Assembly: GCA_050613775.1 (NCBI GenBank)
Contig: JBODTK010000001.1
Coordinates: 1,302,001-1,366,000 of the forward strand
Reading direction: 5' to 3'
Source of the DNA: Neocallimastix sp. 'constans'
Taxonomy: Eukaryota
Length of the DNA: 64,000 nucleotides
Shown here: piece after piece, positions 24,570 through 36,510 of the stretch
Layout: the number at the start of each line of letters is the position of its first letter
Numbering within the stretch: position 1 is the first letter of the stretch
Made by a program: the position numbers and the translations under genes
Notes under the pieces: model-generated
What the model saw: only the letters and a program-made list of their open reading frames with translations
Told to the model about the DNA's origin: nothing
Databases searched by the model: none

Positions 24570-26852
24570 TTAACATAATCCATCTAATTGATAATAAATT
24601 TTAGTTAATTCATTAATTTTATTTTCATAATTTGCAATTTTCATTTTTGTTTCGTCTGATCCACCAATAATTTTATTTAAATCTTCATCTGTCATGTCAC
24701 TAAATTTCTTAATTAAATTAGTTGAAAATCTTTTTTCTTGGAATGGATATAATAAATGATATAAGCAACCTTTATAAATATTATCTAAAAATCTATCCAT
24801 AAATACTTTTAAATAACTATAAATTGAGCATATAATCTTAATAATATCTTTATTTACTTGATATCCATTATTATTTAAATCATTTAAATCCTTAATAAAT
24901 TTAATAAAAACTTCTTTATCTAAACATGTATAGAAATAAAAATATTCCTGCATATCATTTTCTGGATTAATATTACCATAATTATTTTTAATTAAATTTG
25001 AAATATTTTCATTTTTAATATCCATATTAATATCAGTAACTTCTTTTTCTTCATCACTTTCTTCTTCATATTGAGTTTCTTCAGTATTTTCAGATTTATT
25101 TTTTTCTTCTTCTTCTTCTTCTTCTACTTCTACTTCTTTTTCTTTTTCTTTCTCTCCTTCTCCTTCTCCTTCTTCTTCTTCTTTTTCTTCTTCTTTTTCT
25201 TCTTCAATTTTAACTTCATATTTTTGTTTATTTTTAAGAATGTCATCAATAATTATTGTTTCTCCTTGATATAAACATTTTTCAATTTGATTTTGAATCA
25301 TATTGGCAATATTTAAGTAATATTTATTGACACTATATATTCCAGCCTTTTCAATATTCTTTTGATATTCAAAATATTTGGTACATAAATCTAAATTTTC
25401 ATCTGATAATTTAGTTAAAGTTTGTCTTGATTCATTAATAAATTGATCAAGCATACCTTCATATTTTTTAAAAGCTTTATTAAAAGACTTTTCAACTTCG
25501 TATAAAATTAAGCTTCTAACTTCTTTAATTAAACAATAAATAGAACTAAAATATGTTCTTAAATTACGTTTCAAGATTTTATAGACACATTCTTCCCCAT
25601 AAAAATTATCCAATTTTAATCTTTTGGAATTAAATAAAATTTTTTCTAATTTTCGATAGTAATTTATAGTTAAAAAGGAATAAAATTGTTGAGTATATTT
25701 TTCTTGAAACTGATTGAATTTCATACGAATTTTTGTTTCCAAACAATAGTCAAAAGCATCAAGATCTGAATTAGGTAATAACGAATCTGCCTTATCAAAT
25801 TGGTCTTCCAATAACTCTTCAAAAGAAGCTATAACATCCGCTATTTCTTCATTATAGTCTTGCCTATTTTCACACAATTTTGGGAAATTTTCATAAGTGG
25901 CTTTTAACTTTTCCAAATATTCTTTAATCTTATTTTTAATTTCAGGCTTATAATTAACAATATACTCATTTTGAATATTAATTAATAAATTAACTAAACT
26001 TTTAATTCCTTGAGGATTATGATAATATTGTTTTAAATGAGGATTATTAATAATAGCATCTTCCTTTTTTTTTAAATCTTCTTCAGATATATCTTTATCC
26101 AGTTCTTCGTAACTTCCATTTCTAACCATAATTGGTGGATATTTAAAATTAAATTGCTTTTTTTGATCGATATATATATTACGGAGGTGTTGAATATCGG
26201 TTTTATCAATTTTTGTAATAATAGGTACAGTTCTTTTTGAAATTTTAGAGTCCTTATAATCTTCTTCAATTTTTCTTAAAATCTTAATAGCACCATTTGT
26301 AGTGAAATCCTGAGTACCATCATGAGTAAATAATACAATAGTTTCTGGATCTTTAATATATTCAATGATCATATTAATTAAAAATTCTTCTTGAATGCTT
26401 TGATCATAAGTGACACCAGGAAGATCAATCAATGTTAAATCAGGATTTTCATTTCTATTAACTTCCAAAATAATTAATTTATCAGAAATAGGAGAATTGC
26501 CATTTTTAACAATTTCTTTTTGACATTCTATTATTTTTTCAGCAATTTCATCATTTTCAATTTCATACCAAACATGATTACTATCATTAATTTTAATACG
26601 AGTATATTCTCTATCCATTGCTTTCCTTAATCTTATCTGTAGGGGACACACTGTACACCTTTTATTATCGCAGGGTATATTCAAGCCAGTAATACGCTTT
26701 AAAATTGAGGATTTCCCTGTACTTTGCATACCAATGATAACAGTTTTTGGTAAATTGATTAATCCTTCACCTGAATCATTACAAATGATTTCACTGATTT
26801 TATCGAAGATATCTAAATAATGTCTGATTTTAGAGAAATATTCTTCAGCCAT
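24570..26852 (-). CDS. Dynamin-superfamily large GTPase, Mx-like architecture, intronless, 760 aa
   Basis: G1 IGMQSTGKSS, G2 RCTVCPL, G3 LTLIDLPG, G4 ITKID; helical middle domain; acidic insert; GED-like C-terminus SYLKVFMDRFLDNIYK. No PH/PRD domain, TM segment or targeting peptide is visible. Confidence 0.9.
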   Translation of the reverse strand: MAEEYFSKIRHYLDIFDKISEIICNDSGEGLINLPKTVIIGMQSTGKSSILKRITGLNIPCDNKRCTVCPLQIRLRKAMDREYTRIKINDSNHVWYEIENDEIAEKIIECQKEIVKNGNSPISDKLIILEVNRNENPDLTLIDLPGVTYDQSIQEEFLINMIIEYIKDPETIVLFTHDGTQDFTTNGAIKILRKIEEDYKDSKISKRTVPIITKIDKTDIQHLRNIYIDQKKQFNFKYPPIMVRNGSYEELDKDISEEDLKKKEDAIINNPHLKQYYHNPQGIKSLVNLLINIQNEYIVNYKPEIKNKIKEYLEKLKATYENFPKLCENRQDYNEEIADVIASFEELLEDQFDKADSLLPNSDLDAFDYCLETKIRMKFNQFQEKYTQQFYSFLTINYYRKLEKILFNSKRLKLDNFYGEECVYKILKRNLRTYFSSIYCLIKEVRSLILYEVEKSFNKAFKKYEGMLDQFINESRQTLTKLSDENLDLCTKYFEYQKNIEKAGIYSVNKYYLNIANMIQNQIEKCLYQGETIIIDDILKNKQKYEVKIEEEKEEEKEEEEGEGEGEKEKEKEVEVEEEEEEEKNKSENTEETQYEEESDEEKEVTDINMDIKNENISNLIKNNYGNINPENDMQEYFYFYTCLDKEVFIKFIKDLNDLNNNGYQVNKDIIKIICSIYSYLKVFMDRFLDNIYKGCLYHLLYPFQEKRFSTNLIKKFSDMTDEDLNKIIGGSDETKMKIANYENKINELTKIYYQLDGLC

Positions 26853-27174
26853 TTTTCTTTTTTCTTTTTTTTTAATTCTTTTTTTTAAATATATAAATTA
26901 TTAAAATATTATTAATGATCAACAAAATAAATAAATAAAAAAAAATGACAGGAAAATTTTCATCTATTTATATTTTTTTTTCTCGCTGTTGTTATTTTTT
27001 GTTTTAATAAAAATATAGATTTTTTAATTTATATATATTTATATATTGTTTGTAGTTATTTATAGTATTTGTAATATATAAAGAAATCTCATACGGATTT
27101 TTAAATTTATACATATATATTGAATTTTATTTTTTTATATTATACTAATAATATATAGAAAAGTGTTTTTTTTT

Positions 27175-27650
27175 CTTTATTAATATGATTTGTAATATTT
27201 CATATTGTCTCTAATAAATGCCATAAAATAATAATAAAAAAAAAAAAAGGAAAAAAACTTTTACTAATGGTAATATATGTTTAAATAGGAGGCTTATCAA
27301 TCATCTTTATTCAATATTAATTATTTATTCATATTGTGATCATATAATACTAAATAAATAAGAATATATTTAATTTTATTTTTTGTTCTTCCTTTTATCA
27401 AAAAATAATTTTTTTTTTATATTAATATGATTTGTAATATTTCATATTGTCTCTAATAAATGCCATAAAAAAAAAAAAAAAAAAAGAAAAGAAAAAACTT
27501 TTATTAATGATAATATATGTTAAATAGGAGGCTTATTAATCATCTTTATTCAATATTAATTGTTTATTCATATTGTGATCATATAAAACTAAATAAATAA
27601 AAATATATTTAATTTTTATTATTTTTTATCTTCCTTTTCTCAAAAATGAA
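27175..27650. repeat. ~240-bp tandem duplication upstream of the dynamin-like gene
   Basis: TATTAATATGATTTGTAA..CATATTGTCTCTAATAAATGCCAT..AAATAGGAGGCTTAT..GTGATCATATAA occurs twice; a single copy is at ~30467-30710. Confidence 0.85.
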
Positions 27651-27924
27651 TTTTTTTTTTTTTTTTTACTTATACTATATTAGTAATTATATATTAATTT
27701 ATTATTAATAATATATATTTTATAATTAAATTTCTTGATTGATTGAAAATTTATTTTTTAAACTATTATATAAATTAATTCATTACTTTTATTGAAAATT
27801 TAAATGATCAATAATAAAAATATTATAATAAAAAAATATTTAAAAACTCAGTTTAATTTATATATATATATAATCATTTATACTATTTAAAAAATATATA
27901 TATATATTTTTTTTAATTTAATAT

Positions 27925-28200
27925 ATAATTCATACTTCTTATTTTGTTTTACTTATTTATTTATTTATTAATATATTATATATTTAAATTTTTATTTTAA
28001 TTCATACTTTTTATTTTATTTTATTTTATTTATTTATTAATATATTATATATTTAAATTTTTATTTTAATTCATACTTTTTATTTTATTTTATTTATTGA
28101 TTTATTAATATATTATATATTTAAATTTTTATTTTAATTCATACTTTTTATTTTATTTTATTTATTGATTTATTAATATATTATATATTTAAAATTTTAT
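27925..28200. repeat. ~60-bp tandem repeat, 4-5 copies
   Basis: TAATTCATACTTTTTATTTTATTTT..TATTAATATATTATATATTTAAATTTTTATTT repeated. Confidence 0.8.
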
Positions 28201-28201
28201 T

Positions 28202-28827
28202 TTGAAATATAGTAGTTATGTGTTTAATTCCATTGTACATTATTCTATACTATTAATGGTAAAATATTTTTATTTTACAGTATCAGAAACCGAATACTCA
28301 AGCATAATAAAATGTACAAAACGAGCTATATGGATAAAAAGATTTGCAAATGAATTATTCAACAAAAATATTAAATTTAATATTAGAATAGATAATAAAC
28401 CATGTCAAAGATATAGCTAAAAATGAAAAATACAAAAAGACGATGTCAATAAATGAACATAAAATATAAAAATATTTTCAAGAAGAAATTATTAAAAAAA
28501 AAGATTCTAAATTAATCCTCATTGGTTCTAAATTCAATGATGGTAGATCCATTAAACCAAAAATTTTTCCGAACTAAAATTTACATAATTTGTGTCGTTT
28601 TTTTCATCATGGAAATGTAGAAAACGCCAAAAAATGTAGGAGGGAATGTTAACAATTGTAGTTTTGTATTTAATTACATTATACATTATACATTATACAA
28701 CATTATTATTATGTGTAAATTATTTTTTATTTGTAGTATTAACAAAGGTCTTTCATAATATAAAAAATAATAAAATAAATAAATAAGAATAATATAAATA
28801 TCATTCTATTATAAGTGTTATTTAACA
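28202..28827 (+). mobile_element. Mini Copia-derived LTR element, copy 1 (RNase H tail + PPT + 3' LTR)
   Basis: SETEYSSIIKCTKRAIWIKRFANELF..IDNKPC..SMMVDPL is the Ty1/Copia RNase H C-terminus. PPT AGGAGGGAA is followed by an LTR TGTT(28647)...AACA(28827). Confidence 0.8.
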
Positions 28828-29385
28828 ATATATATTAATTAAATTTTTTTTTTAATTTTACTTATTTATTTATTTATAATACTATATATTTTTTTTAACC
28901 AGTAAGTAAATATTAAATAAATAATAAAAATCATTTTTGAAATAAGTTTAAGTCTTTAGATATTTTATTATAAAATATTTTTAAATAAATAAATAATAAA
29001 TAATAAATAAATAATAAATAATAAATAATAATAAATAATAAATAATAAATAATAAATAATAAATAATAAATAATAAATAATAATAAATAATAAATAATAA
29101 ATACAATAAATAATTAATAAATATTAAATAATAAATAATAAATAAATAAACAATATTTATTTAAATGTTTATTTTTTATAATTTTTAAGCCACATTTTGT
29201 GAAATTTATCTCCCAAAAAAAAATATTGGAACTAATAAAGTTTATTTTTTTTTGTTAGTTCCATTTTTTTTTCTTAAATAAAAAAATTTTAATCAATAAT
29301 TTTGAATATAATTAATAGATATTGGCATGTATATTATAGTAAAATAGTTTTATTTTCCCTCTATACTCATTATTTCTCAATTTAA

Positions 29386-29424
<39 letters not shown>

Positions 29425-29616
29425 GAATTATATAATTAAATATTATTATAAATTATTATATTTTTAAATATAAATAGAAAAAAAAAAAATAAAAACTTTT
29501 AATAAAATGACAAAAGACAATATGAATGAATATTATATATATAATATATATAAATTTAAAAGGAATTTATTAATATTTTTAATTTATGCTTTTTAATATC
29601 TTAAATATAATAATAA

Positions 29617-30250
29617 TGTTTGTTCTTCACTATATGAACTTTCTTTATATATAAATTTTGTTCTTCACTATTACAACTTTCTTCATATGAAGTTTGTTTT
29701 TCTTTACAGGAAATTTCATTATATGAATTATATTTGCTCCTATTATTGTCTCCCCCAGTTAAGTATAAGTTATGATTTTCATCATTATCACAATAATAAC
29801 TAATAATAATAATAATTATAAATTTTATTTTTTTATTTTTTTATTTTTTTTTTGTTTTTGATTATTATATATTATTTTATTTATATTATATATAAAATAT
29901 AACAATTTATAAAATATATTAATATAATGTAAATTTATAAATATAATTATTTAAATTATAATTAATAAATACTTACTATATATAATTTAATAGTTTATTT
30001 TTTCTTAATACCAAAATTTGATAAAAGTACTTCATCAAATTTTAAAATATCTTTTATATTATAAATTGAAAACAATTTATATACAAATATATATATAATA
30101 AAAAATATTTTTTTCTAATATGTTTTTATTACGCATAGATATTAAAATTAAAAATTAAAAAATTATAATATATATTATATCACTTGTATTTTATTTTAAT
30201 TTTTTAAATTATATTTTCTTTCTATTTCATTTTATTACCTTTTTTATGTT
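29617..30250 (-). pseudogene. Truncated duplicate of the UBL-BAG gene (end of exon 1, exon 2, start of exon 3, both introns)
   Basis: Colinear high similarity to ~20935-21570, e.g. CCAGTTAAGTATAAGTTATGATTTTCATCATTA and AATACTTACTATATATAATT. It lacks the start codon and the BAG domain. Confidence 0.85.
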
Positions 30251-30509
30251 TTTTCTTCTCGTTGTTGTTATTTTTTGTTTGTAATAAAAATATAGACTTT
30301 TTAATTCATATATATTTATATATTGTTTGTAATAATTTATAGTATTTGTAATATATATAGAAATCTCATATTGATTTTTAAATCTATAAAAAAATATATT
30401 GATTTTTTTTTTTTTTCATTATACTAATAATATAAAGAAAAAAAATTTTTTTTTTTTTTTTACTGTATTAATATGATTTGTAATATTTTATATTGTCTCT
30501 AATAAATGC

Positions 30510-30569
<60 letters not shown>

Positions 30570-32205
30570 CTTTTACTAGTGGTAATATATGTTTAAATAG
30601 GAGATGTATTAATAATCTTTATTCAGTATTAATTATTTATTCATATGTGATCATATAATACTAAATAAATAAGAATATATTTAATTTTTTGTTCTTCCTT
30701 TTATCAAAAAAGAATTTTTTTTATCTATGAGAAAATTTATATCATATTAGTTATTATATATTAATAATATATATGTTATAATTATAATTATTGATTGAAA
30801 CTTTATATTTTAAACTAGTATATAAATTAATTCATTACTTTTATTGAAAATTTAAATGATCAATAATAAAAATATTATAATAAAAAATATTTAAAAACTC
30901 AATTTAATTTATATTTATATAATCATTAATATTATTTAAAATATATATATATTAATTTAATCTATAATTCATATTCTTTATTTTATTTATTTATTTATTT
31001 ATTTATAAATATATTATATATATTATATATTTAAATTTTTATTTTGAAATATAGTAGTTATACGTTTAATTCCATTGTACATTATTCTATACTATTAATG
31101 GTAAAATATTTTTATTTTACAGTATCAGAAACCGAATACTCAAGCATAATAAAATATACAAAACAAGCTATATGGATAAAAAGATTTGCAAATGAATTAT
31201 TCAACAAAAATATTAAAATTAATATTAGAATAGATAATAAACCATGTCAAAGATATAGCTAAAAATGAAAAATACAAAAAGGGGACGATGTCAATAAATT
31301 AAACATAAAATATAAAAATATTTTCAAGAAGAAATCATTAAAAAAAAAGATTCTAAATTAATCCTCATTGGTTCTAAACTCAATGATGGTAGATCCATTA
31401 AACCAAAATTTTTTTCGGACTAAAGTTTACATAATTTGTGCCGTTTTCATCATGGAAATGTAGAAAACGCCAAAAAATGTAGGAGGGAATGTTAACAATT
31501 GTAGTTTTATATTTAATTACATTATACATTATACACTACAACGCTATAAAGTGTAAATTATTTTTTATATGATTGTATTAATGTAGGTCTTTCATAATAT
31601 AAAAAATAATAAATTAAATAAGCATAATATAAATATAAATATCATTGCTAATTCTATAAGTGTTATTTAACAATATATATATATTAATAAAAAAAATTTT
31701 TTTAATTATATATTTATTTTTGTTTATATATTAAAATTAATTATATTAACTACTGATAAAGTTAATATATTAATATAAAAAAAAAAAAAAAATTGGAACT
31801 AAAAAAAAAAATAAACTACTGATAAAGTTTTTTTTTTTTGTTAGATCCAACTTTTTTTTTTTTTTTTTTTAAATAAAAAATTTTTAACCAATAATTTTGA
31901 ATATTATTAATAGATATTGACATGTATATTATAGTAAAATAGTTCTAGTTATCTTCTGTACTCATTATTTCTCAATTTAAAATAATAATAATACTAATAA
32001 TAGATACTGAATTATATAATTAAATATTATTATAAATTATTTTATGTTTAAATGTAAATAGAAAAAAAAAAAAATAAAAATTTTTAATAAAATGGCAAGG
32101 CAATATGAATGAATATTGTATATATATAATATATATAAATAAATTTAAAAGTAATTTGTTATTATTTTTAATTTATGTAATTTAATGTCTTAAATATAAT
32201 AATAA
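30243..32205. repeat. Segmental duplicate of ~26967-29615 (dynamin upstream region + mini-LTR + flank)
   Basis: Colinear shared blocks: CTCG(C/T)TGTTGTTATTTTTTG, GAAATCTCATA, CATTACTTTTATTGAAAATTTAAATGATC, the mini-LTR, and CTCATTATTTCTCAATTTAAAA. Confidence 0.85.
31044..31672 (+). mobile_element. Mini Copia-derived LTR element, copy 2
   Basis: Near-identical to copy 1; PPT AGGAGGGAA, LTR 31490-31672 TGTT...AACA. Confidence 0.8.
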
Positions 32206-32362
32206 TCTACTTAAATAATTATATATATATATATATAATAAAGATAAATTATTTTAATAATATAAATACTTATATTTATTGATTTTTACTATTAACATAT
32301 ATATAATTATATATATATTAAAGATATTGTAATTTATATAAAATAGCAAATTTGAATTTTAT

Positions 32363-33095
32363 TGTTAAATATTGTAGTTATGTATTTAATTACATTGTAC
32401 ATTATTCTATATTATTAATTGTTAAATATCATTATTTAACAATATCAGAAATCGAATACTTAAGCATAATAAAATGTACAAAACAAGCTATATGGATAAA
32501 AAGATTTGTAAATGAATTATTCAACAAAAATATTAAAATTAATATTAAAATAGATAATAAACCATGTCAAAGATATAGCTAAAAATGAAAAATGCAAAAA
32601 GGGAATGATGTCAATAAATGACCATAAAATATAAAAATATTTTCAAGAAGAAATTATTAAAAAAATGATTCTAAATTAATCCTCATTAGTTCTAAACTCA
32701 ATGATGGCAGATCCATTAAACCAAAAATTTTTCAGGACTAAAGTTTACATAATTTGTGCCGTTTTAATCATGGAAATGTAGAAAACATCAAAAATGTAGG
32801 AGAGAATGTTAACTATTGTAATTATGTATTTAATTGCATTATACATTTTACATTATACATTATATAACATTCCTAAGTATAAATTATTTTGTATTTAATA
32901 GCATCAACACAAGATATTATTAAACCAATAATATTAGTTTAATATAGATAAATAATTATACACATAAAATGTAATATTCTTAAATGAAAAAGTCTTTCAT
33001 AATATAAAAAGCAATAAAATAATTAAATAAATTATTAATTAAATAAATAAATATAAATATCATTTCTTATTTTTTATAAGTGTTTATATTTAATA
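32363..33095 (+). mobile_element. Mini Copia-derived LTR element, copy 3 (more diverged)
   Basis: Short TGTT...AACA 5' repeat (32363-32441), RNase H tail LTISEIEY..MMADPL, PPT AGGAGAGAA, 3' LTR from 32807. Confidence 0.75.
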
Positions 33096-34473
33096 ATAAT
33101 TAAAGTTAAGTAATCAAGTATTATTATTATTATTTTTTTTTTTTAAAAATCAAGATCTTTTTTACGTCTACTTTAGAATTCCACCTTACCATCCAATAAT
33201 AACCCATTTGACAGCCTAACCCTAAATTGAACAAGTCATCGTCTACACTATGATCGTTGATTCTCAGTTGTACGTATACATGCCTGAAGCGGGGTAATTC
33301 CTGCTTATTGTAAATCCTCATTAGTTAATGTATTCGTGTACCATTATTGATTACGTGTTAGAATATATTTTCTAATTTGGAAAAAGGTATGTAGTAGATA
33401 AATAATAATTTTATAGTTTATACCGTTGTGGCTTATAGTATCCAATATCTCCAAATCTTGTGATTCTGTAATCGTTACTGAGAGGGTCGAGGCCAAAATT
33501 GTATGGAACACTTTTAAGTGGTCATCCTGATACACACACGCTATAAAGTGTGCCTGATATTAGTTGTCTGTTGTGGCTTGGACGATATGATCAGACTTTC
33601 AAGGGAAAGTCAAAAAAAAAAAAAAAAAAAAAATTAGATTTAATTGAATAAATATAAAAAAAAAAAAAAAAAAAAAAAAAATATTTTTTTTTGATTTACT
33701 ACTTGTAAATTTTGTTGACGTAATAAAATATGACTTGAGTTTTTTTTTTTTTTTTATCATGATAATAATAATATATCAAAATATTTTAGAAAATAATGAT
33801 GTGATGTTTTTTGTTAAATAAATTGAGAAAAAAGTTATAATAAAATATTTATATTATAATTATTTTATATTATCTTTTTATATATTTTAAAAATAATAAT
33901 AACTATGAGGGAAAAAAAAGGAATTGTTACGAATGATAGAAAAAGGTTATATATATTTATTTGTAAAGATTTATAAAGATGGAGATAAAATCAAATGAAT
34001 GTCTTTTTTTTTCATTTTTAAATATAATAGTAAATTATTTTAAAAAAAAAAAAAAAAAAAAAAAATTTAAATAAAATAGTTACTGATTTATTAATTTAAA
34101 TCAATTGTATATTATAAGTAATGAATTTTATTGTTCTTTTTTAAATATATATATTTATATATATCATTTACTCATTGATAAAAAAATAAATTAAAGGCTT
34201 AGTATATACAATATTTATATCATATTTATAAAATAATAATAGTAATCAATAAATAAATAAAAAAAAAAAAAACAGTTTCCTTCATATCATTAAATCTGAA
34301 AAATTGTATTTCTTTAAATGAGTTCTATAATTAGAGAATTTTTTTTTTTATTAAAAAAACAAATCAAAGAAAAGAAAAAAAAAAAAAAAAAAAAAAAGAT
34401 AGTAAATATTTATATATTTATATAAAATAAACTCTAATACAAAAATTGTGTATAAATTTTAAAAGATTTAATT

Positions 34474-34530
<57 letters not shown>

Positions 34531-34926
34531 TTTTTTTGATTATTATTCCAAATAATTATTCTGATTATAAAATAAAATCATCATTATTACTATCAACGTT
34601 TATATTATTATTTTATAATCCATACTTTTTTTTAAAAAAAACTAAAATATTCAAAATTAAGAATATTTTATAAAATATATTATTAAATAGTATTTTATTT
34701 ATTTATTTATTTATTTTTACTAATAAATATAGTTAATAAAGTATTTATACACTAAAATAAAATGAATATACTATAGTGAACTGCTATAAAATATATTCTT
34801 AATAAAAAAAAATTTAATGCTAATTAAAAAAAATGCAAAATTAAATAATTAAATAAATTAATATATCATATTAACAATTAATTATTCAGAAAAATAACTA
34901 GATTATTATTATTATTATTATTATTA

Positions 34927-35020
<94 letters not shown>

Positions 35021-36229
35021 TCATTTTTTAATAATCTATAAATTTTATTATCTCCATATTTGTCCAGTATATTAATCCAAATTAATAGAAATTAAATAGT
35101 AAAAAAAAATTATATATACATATATATATATATATTTATAATTTCATTAGTACTACTTAATAAATAATAATTTTCGTTTTTTCTATTATCTTTCTATTAT
35201 TTTATACTTTATTTTTTTGGATTAAACTTGGTTTATGAAATATTATTAAAACCAGGAAGAAAAAAATAATAAAAAATAACATTTGAGATTTTTTTTCTTA
35301 ACCCTAATTTTCCAACATTAAAATCATTATTACATTTTAATATATTTCCTTAATTGCATTTAAAATTTTTTTTATTATTATATCATATGTTTTTCCTAAT
35401 ATTATCTTCCATATTTTATAATAATTATAAATTAGTATTCTTAACTTAGTTAACTCAGTTATAATGGTTTTTTAAGAAAACATTAATATTAAGAATATAG
35501 TTATGTATTTCAATGTACAAATATATATATTAAATTAAAAAGGATATAATAAATATTTATACTGAATTAAGTAACCATAAAGCATATTTATGCATTGAAA
35601 ATTTATCTGTAGATTAAACATCAATAGAAATAAAGGGTACTATTTTAATGTGATCATTGATAAATGTTATATATAATATGATAAAGTTATATTATTATAT
35701 TTATTATTAAGTATTATCATATATAAAAAAATGTTTAATATATGCACTTAAAAGTTCTGTACTTTAGTTTACTGCATATTTTACATATAAATAAATAAAT
35801 AAATAAGTAAATAAATAAATAAAATCATATATATATGAATTTATTTATAAAACATAATTAATCTACACATAAATACCTATATTGTAATATAGTTGCAATA
35901 TAGTATAATATTATACAATATCAATATTTAATAGAAAAATTTTAAAGAATGCATCACCATCTTTATCTGTAATAATATTTAGACTCATATTGAGATCATT
36001 AATCAATAAAAAATTATCATATTAATTATTAATTATTATTTATTTAATTATTTCAATTACATATAAAATAAATTTGTAACTTTTTTTTAAAGTTTTTGAA
36101 AAAAGGAAACTCTGTTTGTGTAACGTATAATTTTTTCTTTTTTGAAAAAACCAATAAATGATGAGTAATGAATCATAATTAATAAATCATAATAATATTA
36201 TAATAATATTATTATAATAATTATAATAA

Positions 36230-36510
36230 TTAATAATAAATAATTAAATAATAAATAATTAAATAATAAATAATAAATAATAAATAATAAATAATAAATA
36301 ATAAATAATAAATAATAAATAATAAATAATAAATAATAAATAATAAATAATAAATAATAAATAATAAATAATAAATAATAAATAATAAATAATAAATAAT
36401 TAAATAATAAATAATAAATAATAAATAATAAATAATAAATAATAAATAATAAATAATAAATAATAAAAATAAATAATAAATAATAATAATAAATAATAAA
36501 TAATAATAAA
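36230..36510. repeat. (AATAAAT)n microsatellite
   Basis: Directly visible tandem run. Confidence 0.9.

Noticed and set aside
28278..28290. AGTATCAGAA as a tRNA-Met primer-binding site
   Set aside because: It reads in frame as the RNase H motif (TVSETEY, cf. STAEAEY), which explains the sequence better.
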